A model generated the notes under the pieces. That model worked only from the letters and a program-made list of their open reading frames with translations, did not search any database and was not told the DNA's origin. Below, piece by piece: positions 57,313 through 64,000 of a stretch of DNA of 64,000 nt (positions are counted from its first letter, which is position 1; every line of letters begins with the position of its first letter). Made by a program: the position numbers and the translations under genes. Source of the DNA: Lophium mytilinum (Eukaryota); contig MU004188.1 of NCBI GenBank assembly GCA_010093605.1, positions 995,673-1,059,672 of the forward strand, given 5' to 3'.

Positions 57313-58901
57313 ATGTCTGCTCCACCTCCTCCTCCACCGCCGCCGCCTCCTCCGCCAGGTGGGCCTCCTAAGGGCAGGCCAAAGGCTGGAGCTGGAAGAG
57401 TACGTGACAAGCCATCGGAGTCTCATGGGCTCTGGGAGTTGAAGGCTGCTCTATTAATAGTTTCGTGATTGCATTAGGCTAACACCAAGCTCAGGGCGCA
57501 CTTCTGGGAGACATCACCAAAGGCGCAAGACTAAAGAAAGTGACTGCTGTCAACGACCGATCCGCGCCAATCGTTGGAAAAGTGTCAGATGGTCCCGCCG
57601 CGCCTCCTATGGGAGCAGCACCACCAGTTCCCGGAATGGGGAGAGCGGCTCCAGCACCTCCAGGAGGCCTGGCGCCACCTGTACCTGGGAATCGGGCAAG
57701 GAGTAATAGCGATACTGGGAGGGATGTATCGACTGACTCGGCGATGAGTGCTGCACCACAACTAGGAGGACTTTTTGCAGGAGGAATGCCGAAGCTCCGC
57801 AAGTCAGGGGGTGTGAAGACAGGAGCAGAGAGCCAATCGCCGTATATGTCAGACCCAGAATCATCACGAAGTTCTGTCCCACGACCGCCGACGGGTTTTG
57901 CACCAAAGCCACCAGGAGCTGCTCCAGGAGCTGCTCCGCCTCGACCTCCAGGAGGCGCCCCTCGACCTCTCAATCCTGCTGTATCAGCACTGAAGAATAA
58001 TCTAAGACCCACTTCGGTGATGTCGACAGCTTCAGCGCCAGAATTTGCAGGAGGGAAGCCGAAACCACCGCCGCCAATTGGAAAAAAACCTCCTATTCCT
58101 CCTCCAACATCACGAAAACCGTCCGGCTTCGCTCCACCGCCTCCTTCAGCGCCTGCAGCACGGCCTCCTCCACCTCCTTCATTTCTACCGCCTTCATTAC
58201 CTCCAGCTCCACCTCCTCTACCACCAAGTTCAGCGCCAAAAGCACCTCCGGCTCGATTTACACCTCCCCCGCCACCATCCAGCGCACCACCACCACCCGC
58301 TTCCGCTCCAACAAACGGCCATGCGCCTTCACTAGCAGAACAAGCAGCTCGGAACGCGTTCGGGCGAGCTTCTCCAGCTGCTCCTCCCCCGCCACCCCCC
58401 TCTCCGCCAGTCTCAAGATCGGACGACGAATACGACCCGTACCGCTACACCGCTCCATCACCACCTCCCGCCTCCAAAGCTCCCGCCCCGCCCTCGGCAC
58501 CACCACCTCCACCCTCCGCGGCGCCCTCAAGACCCTCGTCGTCTGCACCGCCCCCTCCCTCCATGGCGCCCTCACGACCCTCTTCATCTGCACCACCGCC
58601 TCCTTCGCCTGCGCCATCACGACCACCAATGTCACAAGCACCTGTACGCTCTATGCTAGATCCCAGTTCTTACACCCTATCGAACGGTGGAGGCGGAGGG
58701 CACTCAGGCCGCAGTTCCGGACATACAAGCCCGGGGCACGGAGGTAGAGGAGGAGGGCGCGTGGTCCCGATTCATGATCTGCGGTGGAAGTTCCAGGATG
58801 AGAGTCAGTTGCCGATTCCGAGACCGTTCACGGGAGGAAGTAAGAGGTATAGAGCAGGACGGGGGAGTAGTGTGCCGTTGGATTTGGGGGCGTATGATTA
58901 G
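57313..58901 (+). CDS. VRP1: Verprolin / WASP-interacting protein (WH2 domain, proline-rich); 2 exons
   Basis: MSAPPPPPP..., spliced WH2 domain R|GALLGDITKGARLKKVTAVNDRSAP, then APQLGGLFAGGMPKLRK and the C-terminal RWKFQDESQLP...YRAGRGSSVPLDL. Confidence 0.9.
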
Positions 58902-61205
58902 CGTGAGAACGAGTTGTGTGTGTGGATGACGATTCTTGGTTGTTGGGTTCAGGGGTTTGCTGAGTTGTGGGTTGTGCGGCATGAAGGCGTTGAGGCGATA
59001 GCGATTGATGAGGGAACGTTTAATCGCCGCTGAAAGGTTCTAAATATCAAATATGAAGATCGGACTGTAAGAGTTGGATCCTGATTCATTACTTGGTGCC
59101 TCGCAAATTCGTTATGTGTCTGTCTCGAACGGTCTTCCATTCTTTTTATTCTCTTTCGACCACTTCTGAATTATGTCACTGGCTAGTGAGTGCTGTCACA
59201 TGATGATCCTGCGCTCACCTTCTTTTCACGTGCCCTTAATTTTTCTGGCGTATGAAATCTTCGTCGGCTCGCCCACTGGCGACATCTTCTTCATGAGAGG
59301 AGACCGTCTAGCAATATGGAAAAGGTGTTCCGGTAATCAGCTACAAAGAAGGCACATGGGTCTGAGACTGATCGAAAAATAACCCATACGCCTATATGAT
59401 GTTGTGGAGGTTGGAGTGGGGACCAAACCGTCCGAGAAGCTTGCGATGCGGTCGCGATTGGGGTGGATTGAACGGAAGTTTTCTAACTGATGATGGTCAT
59501 CAAAACAACATAAGGGTAGATCTCAGTCATGCGGTATGCTAATCTCATCTTTCGTGTTTGAACATAGTTAACAAGTAGCAGAATATCTCATCTGCTTTTT
59601 TAGTGGCAAGTGGAGGTGCTGGAGAGCATCAGTGGATTACTATGAAGACAGTATTACTGCGATACCGCCTCTAGTGTTGCAGACATAATGACCTCAGCTG
59701 GGTCCTTATTCATCTCTCGCCTCCCACGCCACAACATTGATTGCCAGAGCGTTTGATTTCAAACACTCCAACCAAGCCATATGTCTTCAGAATGAACCGT
59801 TGGTTCAAACCCCAGCTCCTTCTTGTTCGTCTATCGGAAGTTTCGAGAAGCTTTTATACCTTCTCCTTCGCCGCTGACTAAGTTAAATCACGGGAAGGGC
59901 ATGTGCCTTCTCCTCGTTAACTTCTCGTAGATGGGTGACAGCGATTGTCAAAGGACTAGTGAGGAGCACGTGCTTGCTTACGTGCCTTATCGAATCTATC
60001 TTTCTCCTGGGGTACAAAACCGTAGATTCTTCGCGTTGTCGACTCTTCTTTCACGGATGCTCCTCAAGCTTATGGGGAATTGAAAACATTCGACAGAAGC
60101 AACATATGGGTGCGGCGGGCGTGGGTCAAAAGCTGGAAGAAAGCCCGTCATGTGGCCGGGGCTGTGTGTGCAAAACCCCAGACAGCTTCACCACATGTGG
60201 AGAGGGTTCCTGAAACGGTTCGATGCTCTTCATCCTTTTTCTTTGCGGATGCTCTTTAGTAAGAGGAAACGCTGATGACTAGTATACTCTCCTGTCAGCT
60301 GCGCTGTTCTTTATTTCAAATTGTTGATGCTATGCATCAACGAGAAAAGGACTCTCTCCTCTAGCTCCACGAACATGATATGGGCCTGTTACAATTTTGG
60401 ACTCCCACCCCCGCATTGGGTAACTCCACTTCGCATTGTTGTTCCCAACGCCCACACGGAGCCATTTCAATCCTCTTGCGCTCTTTTTGCAAACACGGCC
60501 CTGGTTCGCTTTCCTGGTTTCCTATCGAAGTGGAGAAGAAGGTTATATACCTCGTTCCTAACCATGTCACGAGGAAGCCACGTGCTCCTGTCATCGCCGG
60601 AGTCGAAAAAGGGCAAAAGAAAGCAAGATCAATCTCAGCTACCCCTCGGAATCGGACTAGGGCAGCACTAGTCGAACTCCGTAAGAGCAGCCGAGATGTT
60701 TTCGCCCGGGTTTTTTGGGTTTTGCAATCATAGGGTTGTTGGTGGCGTACGAGAGCAGGACACGTAGACCACACCCAAGATTGAATGTCTAGGAAAATAA
60801 AGTGACTTATGTACCATGTGTGATATCGAGGTGTGTGTGTTAGGCCGCTCTGACAAGTTGTGCCGTACATTTATTCACCACGATTATAGTCAAAGGTAGC
60901 CTAATAGTCTTCGTAGACCTCGCTACATAGTGGAATAAATTGGGAAATACGTAAATAACGATGTAGTCGCCCATCGGACACCAAGGGCAACGATGGGGAC
61001 GATGTGCAAAAAAAACACAGGGGCGGCCATCATTGAGTAACCTAGCCATGGTGGAATGCGCGTTAAAGGTGACATAGGGTCGTTGAAAAAGGACCAAAAC
61101 TACTGATGCCGATTTGCCGGACCTACTTTCCGTACAATAGTAATTGGAATTCTGCGCCTGCAAACAGAGAGGAATGAATCTTAGGCCGCGTGAAACCTTG
61201 AGAGC

Positions 61206-63182
61206 TCACAATGCTAGCATCTCACTATCGCTTTTCTGCCATGGATAGACTTCCTCAATCGACCGTATCAGCTGTTCGTGGCGAGGAGAGCGCGGCTTGA
61301 TCAAGTTCTCAAAAGGCGCTGGTTGACTGATTACCCCGGGCTCGAATTCGATGACAGGCTCAACTTCTTTGCCGTTCTTGACGCTCTTGCTAATATTGAA
61401 TACGGCTAGTGTTTGCGCGATGTTGAGAAATATTGCATTTTCGGCCAGGATTTTTCCCGGGCAGATTCGTCGTCCGAAGCCGAACACGAAATCGCGCGGG
61501 TCAGGTTCCGGCACATGGCCATCTGAGGCCAGGAACCGTTCAGGCTTAAACGCGGTAGGGTCAGGATAGACCTCTGGGTCATGCGTAAAGTGCCTAGTTC
61601 GATTTCAGTATCCTATTCGCTATCAGTGCATTTGGAACACCAGGTACTCACCAAACGTTGGCAAATAACATAGAGCCTTTGGGAATGAAGTAGCCCTCGC
61701 ACACATCATCTTTTGTGCTAGTATGGGGAAGGCCCATTGGTGCGACCGGATGCCAACGAAGAACCTCTTTCACTGTGGCATCGATGTAAGGCAATTGCTC
61801 ACGATCCGCACAAGTTGGAAGCCTTTCCGATCCTATGACTCGATCAAGCTCTTTTTGTGCCTTCTTCTGCACCTCTGGAAAGACAGTCATAGCAAGGAAG
61901 AAGCACGAGATCGAAGACACCGTCTGAAGCAGTTAGATCGGTAGCAGGGAGAAGAAATAAGACTTCAAATAGCTCACCGTATCCATACCCGCCGTGTATA
62001 GCGACATGGGTGACCACTTATTAGTGAGCTTCTCTTCCGCACCTGAATCGCCTTGTTCCAGCAATTGCGATAGGAAAGAACCATTCTCTTGACCTTGAGT
62101 CATTTGATGTTTTACAAAGGCGTATGGCTTCTCCGTCACATCAGTCAAGGCAGTCCCCCATTCGCGGGCAGTCTGCTTAAACCCAGTGCCGGGAAACCAG
62201 TCTGGGACGTGCTTCACTGCCATGTATAAGCTCTAGGCACGTAGCAGTTACTCAAACTTACAGAATGGCATAATGTCAACCATGAAAGCACCTGGGACGG
62301 CAGCCCGGCCGAAATTCTCCATAGCATCACCCGCCATTTCGATGAGAGGATCCTTTTTGTGGGACTCCGCTGTATAGCCGTAGGCAATTTTCAAGATCAC
62401 AGTACCCGCTTCCCTAGTAGCGGTAGACATTAGTAGTGGACCAGCAAAAAATACGCGCTGGCACGAAGAAAGATCATACTTTCTAATGTGCTCAATCAAG
62501 TCTCTAGGCTTGGCGAGAACATGCAGTAGGAAGTGACCGACTTCCGCCTCTTGCAATGCATTGAACTGGGAGGCTAGCCCCTTGGAGCCGATGATTCGGG
62601 ACATATTCTTGCGGTAGGTTCGAAAGCGATGATTATAGGCAGAGAGCCCGATCGAGTCCTCCCATCCTACCCTAGGAGCAAAGGTGTTAGCATCAGCATC
62701 TTCAATATTTCCCTAGCCCCAGAAATTCCACTGAAGCTCAAGAAGGGGTGCCTCTGACATACATCTCTCCAGCAAAGACCTGCCTAGGTCGCGACGAGTG
62801 AATCGCTGACCGTTTCTCCATGAGCTCAAAGGCCAGCCGTGGTTCGTTTAGAATGACCAAAGTTTGACCCATGACAGTTACAGAGCTGATCGGACCTGTC
62901 ACATGGTAAGCATCAGCGGTCTTAGCACCAGGTTCGCGGTTGAGGAAAACTTGGAAAAGCCATGAGCGAGTGCCACGAACCATATAAATATTTGTGCTTG
63001 AGCCAATGGTGGGCTTCGAGTACGCCGGGCTTGGGCAGATCATTCAAGTTGCCGACGAGAGGAAAACCTCTGGGGCCAGGCGGTAGTTGAGGTTTGCTCG
63101 CATTTTTGGACCGACTTAAAATGCTGACCGCGAACAGTATGAAGAAGCCACCAACTATTAAAGTAAGGATGCTCAGAGCCAT
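61206..63182 (-). CDS. Cytochrome P450 monooxygenase (OrdA/CYP620-like); 7 exons
   Basis: N-terminal TM helix, LPPGPRGFPLVGN, I-helix AGMDTT, EVLR, PERF and heme motif FGFGRRICPG. All six introns splice in frame. Confidence 0.93.
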
Positions 63183-64000
63183 GTCTATTGAGGGCTCCTG
63201 GAAAGAGTTCCCGATAATGACTTCGGAATGAAACCACAACAATAATAAGAAAAGTCGTACGTGATTACGAAGTTAGTTTGTCTATAAGAACTAGCCTCGG
63301 AAGAAGACGCGGGCGGGGCTACCTTCACTATTTATTGCTGACACGTAGGACAAGACATTTCCTCTGTTAGTGCTGACCTAAGCCTGGAATCTGGTCGATC
63401 AGGCATCCCGGGAGTTGTGTTATATGTATAGTACGTAGTCTACGGCTTGACAATTTGGGTCACTATTGATGGCTGTCATTCTGTAATCGAGTTCGGTCCG
63501 CCAACTGTACAGCTTGGAGCTTCGAGAAATTGAGTGAGAAAGAGGTTGTAGAACAACCTTGGCTTCTCGTATTCCGAGTTTCACACAAATAAATCCTTTC
63601 TTCACGCGGGTGGGGTTCCGTTTGCGTATGCCGTACTCGTGAAATAAGATGATACAGGACTCTAGATATCTACTTGACATAGCCTAGCAATAGACCACTG
63701 GACTTGATAGGCGGGGAGAGTGAAGAGAGGTTGTTGGGGTTCTCCAGTTGACTTACAGTTGTCACAGCGGCTAGGGGCCGCGCGGGCGCTCAAATTGTAT
63801 GTACATACCCGCCGCCAGGAGGCCGCAACCGAGGGCTTGGCATATAAGGTCACGTGAAATTGAACTTTACCCCTAACGTTGGAATCTCTACGCCGCTACA
63901 GCGATACGATCAAGACTGGTGGAACAGCGGAGTCCTGGGCTTTATATCCCATCGAATACTGACCGTTCCGGGGTTATCAGAGTTGTCCCTCGGAGTGCAC

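Noticed and set aside
1..64000. tRNA, rRNA, TPP riboswitch, telomerase RNA template, transposase or RT ORFs
   Set aside because: No convincing signature was found by eye. tRNAscan-SE, Rfam and RepeatMasker would be needed to exclude them formally.

Overview
Eukaryotic genomic DNA from a filamentous ascomycete (Pezizomycotina). The evidence is short GT-AG introns with CTRAC/CTAAC branch sites and fungal-type proteins. About 24 loci are recognisable. Conserved housekeeping genes: RAD51, NUP120, a UBE2S-like E2, importin-9/KAP114, CKB1, TFB4, an HST4-like sirtuin, MED16 and VRP1/WIP. Accessory or lineage-specific loci lie between them: a RIP-like eroded compound tandem array (about 1.08-2.23 kb), an intron-joined Dabb-GFA fusion gene, a GliT-like oxidoreductase, a PAQR/IZH gene with a 13-nt micro-exon, a small secreted Cys-rich crystallin-like protein, a truncated flavin monooxygenase relic, a monofunctional frameshifted GAR synthetase, a BTB-BTB-WW-WW protein and a cytochrome P450. 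The most notable items are a candidate box C/D snoRNA inside an unusually long in-frame intron of the importin gene, the stand-alone GARS, the compound repeat array and the Dabb-GFA fusion. All family calls come from motif recognition by eye. No database searches were run. Coordinates of multi-exon genes span start to stop codon and include introns.
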